A stretch of DNA of 37,760 nt from Curvularia clavata. Taxonomy: Eukaryota. The notes below the pieces were generated by a model, which worked only from the letters and a program-made list of their open reading frames with translations, did no database searches and was not told the origin of the DNA. Location: contig CP089276.1 in assembly GCA_023920165.1 (NCBI GenBank), forward strand, positions 4,712,001-4,749,760, in the 5' to 3' direction. The position numbers and the translations under genes are program-made. Below, piece after piece: positions 1 to 10,964 of the stretch; positions within the stretch are counted from its first letter, which is position 1, and every line of letters starts with the position of its first letter.

Positions 1-1571
1 GCACCTGGAGAGCTCCACCAGAAGCGATATATTGACGCGGCTGATTCTGCTTTTGTCGCTGGCGCTGATTTTCTTCACGTAGCTTTTTGTTCTCCTCTGC
101 GAGTATTACTGCTGATTGCATTGCAAGCTGAGCGCTCTTAGCAAGCTGGCGGATAGCAAGGCTTGTTGGACTCTCTGGCTGCCGCCGCAGTCGCTCTTGG
201 AGATAGCGCACCTGCTGCTGAAGCTGCTCTACTGTATGTGGTGTCTCTGTCTGCGCAGCTGCCTGCGCTGTAACGTTGTCATCTACAGTTGTCTGTGGTG
301 GAGACGGCGTCCGGACGACAGTTAGCGACGACAGAACACGATCTGGACAAGAAGGGACAAGACCTGTCGCCCGAAAGCCTGATTGGATATTCTGCTGCGT
401 AAATATAGTCGGCCGGATCCGTGTATAGGCTGTAAGGAAGTCTGTCTTGTCAATATGGTAGACGCCTTGGCGGGCGAGCTCCTCAATCTGACGTCCGTAC
501 GCGCGCTTAAGAGGAGAGTAGCAGCTCACGTCTAGAGGCTGGAGAAGATGGGAGGCATGTGGCGGCATACAGAGAGTGATAATCTTGTTCTCTGTACAGT
601 ACTGGTCGAACTCTGGCGTGGCGTGGCTACTATGGCCGTCTACAATAAGAAGTCGATAGACTCCAGCTGTCCGAGCCGCTGTATGCTGATTGAAATGCTT
701 CACCCACTCTAAGCCTAGCTCGTCTGTCGTCCAGCCGTTGTCTGACACGCCGACAGTCCAGTCGAGTGGGAGGTCGCGGTACCAGCTGCTCTGATGGACT
801 TTACCAGACAAGATTATGAACGGTGGTAGAGACCAGCCAGACGCGCTAACACACTCGATTACTGTCACCCACTCGCGATTACCTGGCTGTATAACGACTG
901 CGCGGCCGACTCTATCAGAGCTAGTTACGACTTTTGACGTTGCAGCGACGCCCATAGCGAATCCAGTCTCGTCAAAGTTGTAGATATCCTGGTCAAGAAC
1001 GCCGTACGTCTGGCGCGTCTCCTCTACTAGCTTAAACCACGCTGCGATTATAGCAGGATCCTCGCAGGAGGCGCGCTGACTATGCAATCGTCTAGTCCAC
1101 TTTGTCTGAAGCTCTGGCTGGCTTTGGATAAAGCGCGATACCCAGTTCTTACCAACAGGTGGTGGAGGTGGATCTTGGCCACGCGCGGCGAGTAGAGCGT
1201 CTGCCATTCGTCGCACGTCGATGATATGGGGTGGAAAGCCTCGTCGATCTAGCTCTAGAATCCATTGAACAAGAGACTGCTCTTCAATTGGCGATAGCTT
1301 GCGATTGACAGAGGCTGTCTCTGATCGCGGCTGGGTACCGCGGAGACGTCGTCGGAGCGTCGTTCGTGGAGCGTCGTATAGCATAGCAGCCTGACGCTGG
1401 CTTATTACACGTTTCTCTTGAAGCGCACGAGATGCTAGAAGTACTCTAGCTTCACGAGAGGTCTGTATAGAGCGTTGTTGTCGCGGCATTGTGGTGATTG
1501 TGTGGAGAGTCGTGTCAGGTTGGGTGGGGTGGGCCACTTACTGGGGTGGGCCGCTTACTGGTGGCGCACGT
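1..1571 (-). mobile_element. Fot1/pogo-family (Tc1/mariner superfamily) DNA transposon, copy 1; runs off the left edge of the window
   Basis: The terminus ends ...GGCGCACGT followed by TA (1572-1573). The TIR has the internally repeated GGTGGGCC(A/G)CTTACTGG motif. It is inserted into a RIP-mutated LTR. Confidence 0.92.
2..1489 (-). CDS. Pogo/Fot1 DDE transposase (HTH-CENPB plus DDE_1), 3'-partial
   Basis: Manual translation from ATG 1489: MPRQQRSIQTSREAR...YNFDETGF...DNGWTT...LLIVDGHSSH...HLLQPLDVSCYSPLKRAY. I found no stop in 496 codons. It is absent from the ORF track because its stop lies outside the window. Confidence 0.9.
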   Translation of the reverse strand, partial: MPRQQRSIQTSREARVLLASRALQEKRVISQRQAAMLYDAPRTTLRRRLRGTQPRSETASVNRKLSPIEEQSLVQWILELDRRGFPPHIIDVRRMADALLAARGQDPPPPPVGKNWVSRFIQSQPELQTKWTRRLHSQRASCEDPAIIAAWFKLVEETRQTYGVLDQDIYNFDETGFAMGVAATSKVVTSSDRVGRAVVIQPGNREWVTVIECVSASGWSLPPFIILSGKVHQSSWYRDLPLDWTVGVSDNGWTTDELGLEWVKHFNQHTAARTAGVYRLLIVDGHSSHATPEFDQYCTENKIITLCMPPHASHLLQPLDVSCYSPLKRAYGRQIEELARQGVYHIDKTDFLTAYTRIRPTIFTQQNIQSGFRATGLVPSCPDRVLSSLTVVRTPSPPQTTVDDNVTAQAAAQTETPHTVEQLQQQVRYLQERLRRQPESPTSLAIRQLAKSAQLAMQSAVILAEENKKLREENQRQRQKQNQPRQYIASGGALQV

Positions 1572-1764
1572 TAACTAAGTGCGAACATTTTACTAAAGAA
1601 GAGATGCTAGTAGGACTAGAGAAGCTACGTCCTCTCTAACCTCCTAACACGTAATAGAAATTAGAGAAGCTAGAGAGGATAGAATAGAAAGTAATAAGTA
1701 TAAGAATATGTTAGATTTTATTATTATACTTATTATAGTTAACTTAGTAAAGTATCTTTCTATA

Positions 1765-3619
1765 ACGTAGTTTATAAGCGAGTCGGTCATACAAGCGAGT
1801 CGGTCACCCCTCTAGCTTTAATCACCCACCTTAACTTTACGCGCAATATCTCCACACCACGCTTCTAAATTAACTTCTCACGAAGGTGATATTCAGCTTG
1901 CCCTTTCTTCTCTAGATAGTAATTAAATCTAGAGTACCCGACGCGCTGCTATAGCCTTCAATATTCCGAAATCAACACTAATCGACCGACGCGCTAGGAG
2001 GCACGCGCGGCGCGATTGCCAGCCTAATTTAAAGAAGCTATCGCAGCTAGAAAAGTAAGTAATTGCTAGCTATATAATCGATCTCGATCTACGTAGATTT
2101 GCGCCTACCTATACTGCTATGCGAGATATAGCTAATAAGCTGCTAGCTGCGCACGACGCTAGCCAGGTTGGCGTTCACTGGCCGCGCAACTTTGTCAAGC
2201 GTACAGACAGTCTTACGACGCGTTTCAATCGAGCGTATAATAGGTAGAGAGCCCTATATAAAGATCCAGTCTTAATTAAGAGCTAGTTTAAGCTTATAGA
2301 GTAGACGAAGGCCAAGTACGGTATCTACGACAAGGACGTCTACAACTTCGACGAAGCTGGCTTTTTAATAGGCAAGATTACTATTTAGCTTATCGTTATA
2401 GTATTAGAGAGAAGAGGCCATCCAAAGGCTATCCAGCCAGGTGGTCGCGAGTAGATAACGTTTATCGCTACGATTAACGCAGCTAGCTAGTCTATCCCAC
2501 CATTTCTGATCTTTACTGGCAAGTATTACCTATCTGCCTGGTACGAGGAGGCAGAAATCCCACGCGACTGGGCGATCGCAGTGCGCAAAAACGGCTAGAC
2601 GACTAATAAGCTTAGAGTTGAGTGGCTAAAGCACTTTATTAAGTATATAGATAGTAAGATTGTTAGAGTACACTAGCTACTTATCCTTAATAGCTATGAG
2701 AGCCACTAGTCACTTAAGTTCTAAGAGCTCTATAAGGAGAACAATATCTACACGCTCTGTATGCCGCCTTACTCGTCTTACCTACTCTAGCCTCTTGACA
2801 TTGGCTGCTTCTCCCTATTAAAGCGCGCGTATAGCTATAAGGTAGAGAGTCTAATATATAACCATATCAACCACATCACTAAGCTCGAGTTTCTACCAGC
2901 GTTTAAAGCAGCATTCGATTAATCCTTCACGCTAGCCAATATCTACTCAGCTTTCCAAGGCGCAGGCCTTATTCCTCTCTAGCTAGATACTATTCTATTA
3001 AAGCTTAACGTACAGCTACGTACGCCTACTCCTCTAGCTGCTCTCGCGGAAGCTCTCTAGCAGCCCTATACGCCAAGCAACGTACGCGAGCTTAAAGCTT
3101 AATCAACGCTAATAAGTAATCGCGTTTAATAGTATAAGAGCTCTTTGCCAGCTTTAATTATTACAGTAATTAATCAGCTTAAGAAAGGCGGGTAAGTAAT
3201 AATACTATTAGCTAAGCTAATGCGCGATCAGATCACTAGTCTTTAGAAGGCTAATAAGCTAGTATTAAAGCGTAGATAGCGTAAAAGAAAGCGAATACAG
3301 AAGTAAGGAGTACTTATAAAAAGAGCTGGTGAGGATATTATCGCTTAACGCGATGCTGATGAGCAGATTGCTTATAAAGAGCGTTAGGGAGGAGAGCGAT
3401 TAGATATTAGCGGCCGGGCTCTTGCGCGCTATAGTAGATGTAAAGAGACTGGCTATAACTCGCGTATATGTAAGAAAGATACTCTAGATAGTAATTAATC
3501 TACTATCTTAATATCTATCAAAACTATCTATATATAGTGGAGCTACACGCTTGTAAAGGTGCGCAAAGTTAGTAGGGTAACCAACTCGCTTGTATGACCG
3601 ACTCGCTTATAAACTACAT
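1765..3619 (+). mobile_element. Fot1/pogo DNA transposon, copy 2 (1855 bp), RIP-inactivated
   Basis: TIRs of about 44 bp (ACGTAGTTTATAAGCGAGTCGGTC...) and TA target duplication on both sides. Same length and family as 34831-36685. Confidence 0.92.
1846..3498 (+). pseudogene. Fot1-type transposase pseudogene
   Basis: Start ATG mutated to ATA. YNFDEAGF and PLDIGCF motifs are visible among many TAG/TAA stops caused by transitions. Confidence 0.88.
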
Positions 3620-3768
3620 TAGTTCTTTTATACTTAGATTAATACTAGTTATTCTATTTTCTAATAGAATTAGTTTTTATCTATTTTTACTATTTCCTAC
3701 TACTAAATTGCTAGACAACTACCTTACAGTATACTTTATAGAAACTAGTTTTACTCTAATCTAGAATC

Positions 3769-4039
3769 TGTAACCATGCATAGACCAAAACATACCCCAG
3801 CCAGGGCAGCTTATCAAGATCCGATTGAGAGCCGGGTCAGACCCGATGAAGACCCGCACCCAGGTATAAGTACCAGGTACCTTCCATAGATGTTCGGTAG
3901 ATTTTTGATATCCTTTCGTACCAGGCCTATGAGTGTCTACCGAATCCAAGGTGTTTCTGCTGTCCCACGCACTTCCATATGCATTTGAGTGACACTTCCC
4001 ACCGGAACCGATTCGACTAGTCTTGCTCGCGCCGTTACA
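3769..4039 (+). repeat. 5' LTR of element A
   Basis: TGTAAC...GTTACA, a direct repeat of 10694-10964, with TATA-like TATAAG near 3865. Confidence 0.97.
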
Positions 4040-4041
4040 TT

Positions 4042-4054
4042 ATATCAAAAATCT
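4042..4054 (+). other. Putative self-priming primer-binding site of element A
   Basis: ATATCAAAAATCT is the exact reverse complement of AGATTTTTGATAT (3899-3911) inside the LTR. No TGG-starting tRNA-type PBS is present. Confidence 0.75.
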
Positions 4055-4334
4055 CGTCCCAGCCGGTGACGGCCTTCAAAACAATATCGCAGCTTGTTTG
4101 TTGAGACCGCGCCCAAGCCCAAGTCCCTCCGGAACCGCTCCGGATACTTCACACCGTTACGTCCCACATTCACACACAGGCGGGATCCCTTCGATCTCCC
4201 GCCGACCGAAGCCTTTGGGTTTGGACCTCCTGTACTGATTGCAGTCAGGTTAACTTCGGAGAAGTCGCGTAGATTGCGCCAAGGTAGAGACTCGGAGACT
4301 ACCAAAAACCCATCAGCCACGAAGACAACCGTCG

Positions 4335-5525
4335 ATGGCTGACCGAACCCCATCCGGCTCAGGAGAGCTTTCCAGGAAGTCGCCGCGCTTCCAAGATTCG
4401 AAGTCAAGAGAGAAGACGCCTGGCAAACCGCCAGCCGTCGAAGAGGAAGAGGATTCGGAAGAGGATGAGACTAGCCTCCTTCGGGCAGAGATCGACAGGC
4501 TAAACGAACAAATCGCACGGCTGTCCCGCCAAAACACCGCAGCCCCAGATCAACCTCTCCCCTCCACCGAATCACCACCGACTATCGCTGAACCAACCGA
4601 AACTCAATTCGGAAGGTACCAGTCAGCAACCCCGGACCTGCTACGTGTCAAACTCACAGAACGTACCCCTTCCATTGATAACCTTAGTGATGGAACAGAA
4701 CCTACGTTCCGCCAATGGCAAGCGTCAATAGAGGACCGCTTAACAATCAACGCGGACCATTATCGGAGTGAACGCGCACGCATGGCTCTAGTCTGGGGAC
4801 ATACTACAGGTATCGCCAAGGGATACCTGGAACCACAGTACCTAGCCGATTCGGTGGAGGACCGGTTCCAAAACGCCGAAGATATGATAGCTACTCTAAA
4901 ATCATACTTCGTATCCGGCAACGAGCAAGCGGAAAGCCGCGCTGCTTTCCACCGCTTGCTCATGGACAAAAAGGAAACCTTCGCTGAATTTAAGGCAAAA
5001 TTTATAAGTGCTGCCGTCAAAGGATCCGTATCGAAGTCGGAGTGGTTTTTCTACTTATGGGAAAAAATTACCCCCGCCTTGCGTGTTCCAAACTTGGGAT
5101 TTAAACACCAGTGGAACAACTCCTTTGACAAGATGATACAACACCTTACTGCCTTCGATACCGAAAGAAGGAACACTCCTTTCGGACACGGTTCGGAACC
5201 CACTTCCAATAATTCTCGTACTCCACCAACGAAGCCCCGCGTCAGTCAATACCGGGACTACCGCCCAAACACTTATGGAGTCCGATCCGAACCAGCTCCG
5301 ACCCAATCTCGCGCTCATTCTAATACCCCCAGGTTCCCTTCAAAGACCCCCGCACTGGATAGCAAACCGACTACTAGCAATTGCTATAACTGCGGAAAAC
5401 CTGGACATTATGCGAATGAGTGCCCCATTCCTCGGGTTCGAGAAATCGAAGCAGAGAAGGAAGAATTCGAAGAAGCACACGAATACTTATCGGAGGAGGA
5501 CCGGGCGGGAAACCACCAGGCCTAG
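4335..5525 (+). CDS. gag: Gag of element A (396 aa)
   Basis: Retrotransposon gag-like helical core and C-terminal zinc knuckle CYNCGKPGHYANEC. Confidence 0.95.
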   Translation: MADRTPSGSGELSRKSPRFQDSKSREKTPGKPPAVEEEEDSEEDETSLLRAEIDRLNEQIARLSRQNTAAPDQPLPSTESPPTIAEPTETQFGRYQSATPDLLRVKLTERTPSIDNLSDGTEPTFRQWQASIEDRLTINADHYRSERARMALVWGHTTGIAKGYLEPQYLADSVEDRFQNAEDMIATLKSYFVSGNEQAESRAAFHRLLMDKKETFAEFKAKFISAAVKGSVSKSEWFFYLWEKITPALRVPNLGFKHQWNNSFDKMIQHLTAFDTERRNTPFGHGSEPTSNNSRTPPTKPRVSQYRDYRPNTYGVRSEPAPTQSRAHSNTPRFPSKTPALDSKPTTSNCYNCGKPGHYANECPIPRVREIEAEKEEFEEAHEYLSEEDRAGNHQA

Positions 5526-8500
5526 GAAAACTCTCCGCCCTAGGCATGAACAAGTACGATCTAGCTAAAATTGATTTATCCCACTTGTTCGGAGGAAAAC
5601 ACTTCCTAGTACCCACCGTTCTTTGTTCGAAAGGGTTTGGTGTCAGCTTGCACTCCTTAGTTGACACTGGAGCCCAAGGCTTTTTATTCTTAAATTCTGC
5701 TATTGCTCGTACCCTCTCCGGCTCCCTTCAGGTCCCCATCCGAAGACTTCCCTTCAAGATCACAGTCAAAGGATTTCAGGACCAAGTCCAAACTAGGGTA
5801 GACAAATATATTCGGTTACATATCCGAATCGATGGAAGAAAGATTTACAACTGTCCCTTCGTGATCATGGATCTAGGGACACAGGACTGCATAATTGGAA
5901 TCAAGTGGTTAAGACGTTTCCAGCTTAGGCTTGATACGAGCCGGAACCGGATCGTATGGCCGGCCAAGTACCCTCCAACATATGATCCCGCGCCACCTAT
6001 CCTTGTACAGTTGAAACAACCTTCCATCGATGCTGATGTGGAACGGGACATACAGAGGCGAGACGCACTATGGGAAAAGGACAACTACCGTAGGCAAAAC
6101 AGTCCTCGCAAAGCTCTCATGCGAAGAATTAGAGGATGCCTCAAACTTCCCAAGGTTCGTCTACCACTACCTGTTCCCGACCCTACTCCGGACCCTATCC
6201 GACCAACATCTTCACCCCGTATCGCCATCATTTCGGCAAATGCTTTCCATTATTCTATGAAGCGTAAGGAAAACGAGTTCTTCACGACAAGTATCTATGA
6301 GATCGATCGCATCTTAGAAGAGCGCATGAAGCCAGACGATCCCGAAAACGCCAAACTTGTTCGGGACCGACTTCCATCCGCTTACCATTCGTACCGCGAT
6401 GTCTTCAGCAAGACAGCGGCAGAGCTACTGCCCGAACATCGCCCATACGATCATAAGATTGTGCTGACCGAACCTCTTCCGAATCAATTCAGTCCTCTGT
6501 ACAAGCAGAGCACTGAAGAACTCGAAGCCACCAAGACGTTCGTAATGGAAAACCTTAGGAAAGGACACATTGACCCAAGCCACTGCCCCTTCGCCTCCCC
6601 AGTCCTTTGTGTTCGGAAGCCAAACGGAGACATTCGCATCTGTGTAGATTACCGCCGACTCAACGCAATCACCAGAAAGGATGCGTATCCGATACCACGC
6701 ATTGACGAGCTTCTAGCCCGCACCCACAAGGCGAAAATCTTCACCAAGCTCGACATACGTGCGGCATTCAACAAGATCCGAATGCACCCCGACTCGGAGG
6801 AGTACACCACGTTCCGCACTAGATACGGAACCTACAAGTCCAAAGTGTTGCCTTTTGGATTATGCAACGGCCCTGCAACATATCAACGCTACATGAATGA
6901 TGTGTTGATTGATTATCTAGACAGCTTCTGCATAGTCTACCTAGACGACATTTTGATCTACTCCGAATCGGAACCGGACCACCCCCGCCACGTACAACAG
7001 GTCTTGGAAAGGCTTAGGCAAGCCGGTCTCCAAGTTGACATCAAGAAAAGCGAATTCCATGTCACTCGGACCAAATACCTAGGGTACATTTTGACCAACC
7101 AAGGTCTAGAGGTGGACCCTGACAAGGTGGAAGCCCTTCAAGATTGGGTCCGACCTACCACCGTTACTGGTGTGAAGTCGTTCCTAGGGTTCACTGGGTT
7201 CTACAGGCAGTTCGTTCCTGAATACTCGCGAATTGCGAAACCTCTCCTCGCCCTCCAGAGCCCCTCAAGACCATTCGTATGGGATTCGGAGTGCGACCAA
7301 GCCTTTGAAAGGTTAAAATCTGCACTGCTGGCAATTCCCACCTTGTACCACTACCATCCAGAGTATGATACCAAGGTGGAGACCGACGCGTCCGATGGCG
7401 TTGTGGCAGGCGTTCTTTCCCAAAAGCAGCCAAATGGAAATTGGTGTCCTGTAGCATTCTTCAGCAAGGTCCTATCCGGGTCTGAGCTGAACTGGGAAAT
7501 ACACGACAAAGAACTATTCGCCATCGTAACGGCGTTTAGCAAGTGGCGACCTGAACTGCTGTCGGTACGCTCTCGTGTCGACGTGTACTCAGACCACCGT
7601 TCCCTTGAATACTTCATGACTACCAAAGTTCTGAATGCCCGCCAGGTGCGATGGGCGGAAGAGTTGGCATCCTTCAATTTCCACATCCGATACACCCCCG
7701 GAAAGGATAATGCTCGTGCTGACATCCTCTCCCGACGGGAGCAAGATGTGGGGAATCTGAAGACAGCCCAAATTGACAACCGTTCGCGGGTCCTCCTGGG
7801 ACCGCACCGACTTGACAACCGAATCAACTCCGAACTTGCTAAGACCTATGTAGCCCAACTCCAAGCGGAATCTTTCTCCTTACTTGTAGTTGAGCCCATA
7901 TCGGAGCCGATGTCCCTCGATTCGCTGGAGCTGATCGAGTCTATCCTACAAGAGAACCGAGCCTCGTTTGGGGCAGAGCGAAGGTCCCTTCCGGACAGAT
8001 ACCGGATCGAAAACGGACTCCTGCTCTATTCCAACCGCCTATGCATTCCTTCCACCTCTACCCTTGTGACTCGCCTCATTCGGGAAGTACACGACCAGGT
8101 ATCCTCAGCGCACCCCAGTGCAAAGAAGACCTACCAACTACTGTCCCAGAAGTACCACTGGAAGGGTATGGAATCCACCTGTAAAAGGTATGTGCGGAAT
8201 TGCATAGCCTGTAGGAAGGCCCATCCTAGACAGACCCGAATTCCAGGGATGATTCATCCTTTGCCAATTCCTGACCGGCCGATGCAGCACCTGTGCATCG
8301 ACTTTAAGGAATTTCCCCGAGACCGATCCGGTTACGACATGATCATGGTCGTGATCGACCGGTTATCTAAGCAGGCCATCTCCATCCCCTGCCACAAGAC
8401 TATTGATGCAAGGGGAATGGCCGACCTATTCGTTCAATGGGTGTACCGATTTGGCCACACACCTGAAACCATAGTCTCTGACCGAGGACCACAGTTCATT

Positions 8501-9442
8501 TCAAGCTTCTGGTCGGAATTCTGCCGAATCCTAGGCGTTAAGGTCAAGCTGTCAACCGCCTACCACAAAGAAACGGATGGTCAGACAGAGATTATGAATA
8601 AGTACATCGATCAGAGGTTGCGCCCATTCGTATCCTACTACCAAGACAACTGGAGTGGACTTCTACCTTTGATCGATCGTGCTCAAATTTCCCTACCACA
8701 TTCTTCCATTGGCATGTCCCCGTACCACATCCTATATGGTTCCGAACCCCGGCAGAGTTGGGACTGGAAACATTCCACCAGCCTTCTCACCCCCACTGAC
8801 AAACTCAACCATAAGGATGCATTGGAAATGGCTACCCGCATGCACGACGCATGGAAGGTAGCTAAGGAACAAATGGAGAAAGCCCAGGACAGGATGCGAA
8901 CCACAGTCAACCGCCATCGTCGTTCTGTTGACTGGGATGTGGGAGACATGGTCTTCCTAAGTACCCGGAACCTCGCGTCAGACCGTCCGAGTAGGAAGCT
9001 ATCCTCCAAATGGGAGGGACCCTTCAGGGTACTTGAGAAGGTAGGACATTCATACCGCTTGGACCTTCCGAAAAGGTCCCGGATCCATGATGTCTTCGCC
9101 CCGGATCTATTATGCAAAGATCCTCAAGACCCCCTCCCAGGACAAGAACCTCCAAAGCCCCCAGCAACTCCCATCCAAGGCGTGGAAGAATGGGAGGTAG
9201 AAGAAATCCTAGCAAGCAAGTTGTACCGCTCAAACCTAAAATACCAAGTACGGTGGGTCGGACATGACCCGGATCCTACCTGGTACCCAGCCTCAAACTT
9301 CATGGGAGCCCCACACAAGCTCAAACTCTTCCATGAACAACATCCCACCAAACCGGGACCCCCACGTTCCCTTGGCAAGTGGATCACGGCATGGGAACAA
9401 GGCACAGAGGATATGACTTCACTGCAGGATGACAAAATTTAA
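5420..9442 (+). CDS. pol: Pol of element A: protease, RT, RNase H, integrase, chromodomain; probably entered by frameshift near 5510
   Basis: DTGA protease, YLDDILI RT, ETDAS RNase H, HHCC and SDRGPQF integrase, and EEWEVEEIL...YQVRWVG chromodomain, in gypsy order. Confidence 0.97.
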   Translation: MPHSSGSRNRSREGRIRRSTRILIGGGPGGKPPGLGKLSALGMNKYDLAKIDLSHLFGGKHFLVPTVLCSKGFGVSLHSLVDTGAQGFLFLNSAIARTLSGSLQVPIRRLPFKITVKGFQDQVQTRVDKYIRLHIRIDGRKIYNCPFVIMDLGTQDCIIGIKWLRRFQLRLDTSRNRIVWPAKYPPTYDPAPPILVQLKQPSIDADVERDIQRRDALWEKDNYRRQNSPRKALMRRIRGCLKLPKVRLPLPVPDPTPDPIRPTSSPRIAIISANAFHYSMKRKENEFFTTSIYEIDRILEERMKPDDPENAKLVRDRLPSAYHSYRDVFSKTAAELLPEHRPYDHKIVLTEPLPNQFSPLYKQSTEELEATKTFVMENLRKGHIDPSHCPFASPVLCVRKPNGDIRICVDYRRLNAITRKDAYPIPRIDELLARTHKAKIFTKLDIRAAFNKIRMHPDSEEYTTFRTRYGTYKSKVLPFGLCNGPATYQRYMNDVLIDYLDSFCIVYLDDILIYSESEPDHPRHVQQVLERLRQAGLQVDIKKSEFHVTRTKYLGYILTNQGLEVDPDKVEALQDWVRPTTVTGVKSFLGFTGFYRQFVPEYSRIAKPLLALQSPSRPFVWDSECDQAFERLKSALLAIPTLYHYHPEYDTKVETDASDGVVAGVLSQKQPNGNWCPVAFFSKVLSGSELNWEIHDKELFAIVTAFSKWRPELLSVRSRVDVYSDHRSLEYFMTTKVLNARQVRWAEELASFNFHIRYTPGKDNARADILSRREQDVGNLKTAQIDNRSRVLLGPHRLDNRINSELAKTYVAQLQAESFSLLVVEPISEPMSLDSLELIESILQENRASFGAERRSLPDRYRIENGLLLYSNRLCIPSTSTLVTRLIREVHDQVSSAHPSAKKTYQLLSQKYHWKGMESTCKRYVRNCIACRKAHPRQTRIPGMIHPLPIPDRPMQHLCIDFKEFPRDRSGYDMIMVVIDRLSKQAISIPCHKTIDARGMADLFVQWVYRFGHTPETIVSDRGPQFISSFWSEFCRILGVKVKLSTAYHKETDGQTEIMNKYIDQRLRPFVSYYQDNWSGLLPLIDRAQISLPHSSIGMSPYHILYGSEPRQSWDWKHSTSLLTPTDKLNHKDALEMATRMHDAWKVAKEQMEKAQDRMRTTVNRHRRSVDWDVGDMVFLSTRNLASDRPSRKLSSKWEGPFRVLEKVGHSYRLDLPKRSRIHDVFAPDLLCKDPQDPLPGQEPPKPPATPIQGVEEWEVEEILASKLYRSNLKYQVRWVGHDPDPTWYPASNFMGAPHKLKLFHEQHPTKPGPPRSLGKWITAWEQGTEDMTSLQDDKI
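5507..5550 (+). other. -1 ribosomal frameshift signal of element A
   Basis: Slippery heptamer G GGA AAC (5507-5513) in the gag frame, followed by the stem GCCTAGG...CCTAGGC. Pol is in the -1 frame. Confidence 0.8.
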
Positions 9443-9540
9443 AGAAAAGGAAAAACAGAAACTTCATTGGGTATCAGTAACAAAGGAAACTCGGACCCGA
9501 ACCCCACAACCACCAACAAACCCCCAAAATGTCACCTCAC

Positions 9541-10208
9541 TCAAAGTTCAACATCAGAGCGCTCCTGCTCAGCGTCGGCCATCTCCTGGTCAACCGCACC
9601 CTTGTCCTCCTCTGAGGAGGAGGACAAACCAGACCATTCCTCCGACTCCTCGACCCGAGGGCCGACCCGGGCGCCACCCCGAGCCGACCTGGCCTCAAGA
9701 CGCGAAAGGCGCCTTTCCATGCCATTGACTGTATCGACCAACTCCGAGATGCTGTCTCGGATGTCCCTCAGGACCTGGTTCTGGGCGACGAGGAGCTGAT
9801 TGACTGAAAGCTCCTTCTCCTGGGACCTGACAACTTGGACCTTGCGGGCGATGTCCAAAGCGGCGGCAGCGATTCGATCAAGCAATACCTCCGTATCGGC
9901 ATCAACTGCAGGGCCATACCAAGCGATGGCACACAACTCGATGGCATCGATCAAATCGTGAAACTCCTCGAAGACGTACTCGGGAACCTATCCGGGTTAG
10001 CCAAGCTGCAAACAGTGAAGGAAAAGAGAAGCAAACTTACAGGATCGCACTTCTCCTTCTGCTGGGTGCAATAAAGACACTTCTTGGAGGAATCGGACGG
10101 GTAGGCGTAAGCAATGTCGAACTGACGGCGCGCCAAGGCGCGGACAGCTCGCAGACAGATGAAGCGATACGCATCCGGCAGCGCACCGGGCGGACAACGA
10201 AGAGGCAT
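9541..10208 (-). CDS. Antisense accessory gene of element A; two exons (10208-10041 and 9987-9541), about 204 aa; Cys cluster, coiled coil and acidic tail
   Basis: A 53-bp phase-0 intron (10040-9988) with GTAAGT donor, GCTAAC branch site and TAG acceptor joins ...KKCLYCTQQKEKCDP to VPEYVFEEFHDLIDAIEL... in frame. Confidence 0.8.
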
Positions 10209-10693
10209 AGCGAAAACGAGTGCGTTGAGTTGTAATTGACTTGTTTTGATTGAGAAGCGTGGAGGAGAAAACTCGGCGGCGACACTGTGTTGTTGTTGAT
10301 ATACACACTGGGGGAGCAAACAGTCTTGGCACACGTGACCTGGATAGCCGTTGGACCCTGACTACAAACGAATCGCCGGCGACTCGGAGCTCCGATCGAA
10401 GCGTCCAGGCCTGTCTGGCAGGTGAAGGCAAACGGCCTAGCGGCCAGGCAGCAAGGCAGCAGCGCCACGTGAGTACCGGAATGGTCACTGAGGCTCAGGC
10501 ACAGAGGCTCAAGTGAAGGACATGCACGGCCACGGGAGCCACACCGGAACCGGAGCATCCTATTGCCCGAAGTGGCGCAGTGTGGGGAAAATCTGGGGGA
10601 AATCAGGAACGAGGGACCCCATGGTGCAGGGAAGAAGAATGACAACCGGAACAGACAGCTGTGGGACCAGCTGTCTACCGGGAGGGGGGGTAA

Positions 10694-10964
10694 TGTAACC
10701 ATGCATAGACCAAAACATACCCCAGCCAGGGCAGCTTATCAAGATCCGATTGAGAGCCGGGTCAGACCCGATGAAGACCCGCACCCAGGTATAAGTACCA
10801 GGTACCTTCCATAGATGTTCGGTAGATTTTTGATATCCTTTCGTACCAGGCCTATGAGTGTCTACCGAATCCAAGGTGTTTCTGCTGTCCCACGCACTTC
10901 CATATGCATTTGAGTGACACTTCCCACCGGAACCGATTCGACTAGTCTTGCTCGCGCCGTTACA
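10694..10964 (+). repeat. 3' LTR of element A
   Basis: Reads identical to 3769-4039. Confidence 0.97.

Larger units (their letters stand above)
3769..10964 (+). mobile_element. Intact Ty3/gypsy chromovirus LTR retrotransposon A
   Basis: Two 271-bp LTRs that read identical (TG...CA), 5-bp TSD GAATC (3764-3768 and 10965-10969), purine tract GGGAGGGGGGG before the 3' LTR, and open gag and pol. Confidence 0.98.

Noticed and set aside
4094..4342. 82-aa upstream ORF in the element A leader
   Set aside because: It has a non-ATG start, and the related copy near 22170 shows a 1-nt indel, so the frame is not conserved.
9467..10702. env-like third ORF in element A and other overlapping ORFs here
   Set aside because: No sense-strand ORF with a signal peptide or transmembrane segment is present. 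The others are shadows of the spliced antisense gene or have non-ATG starts.
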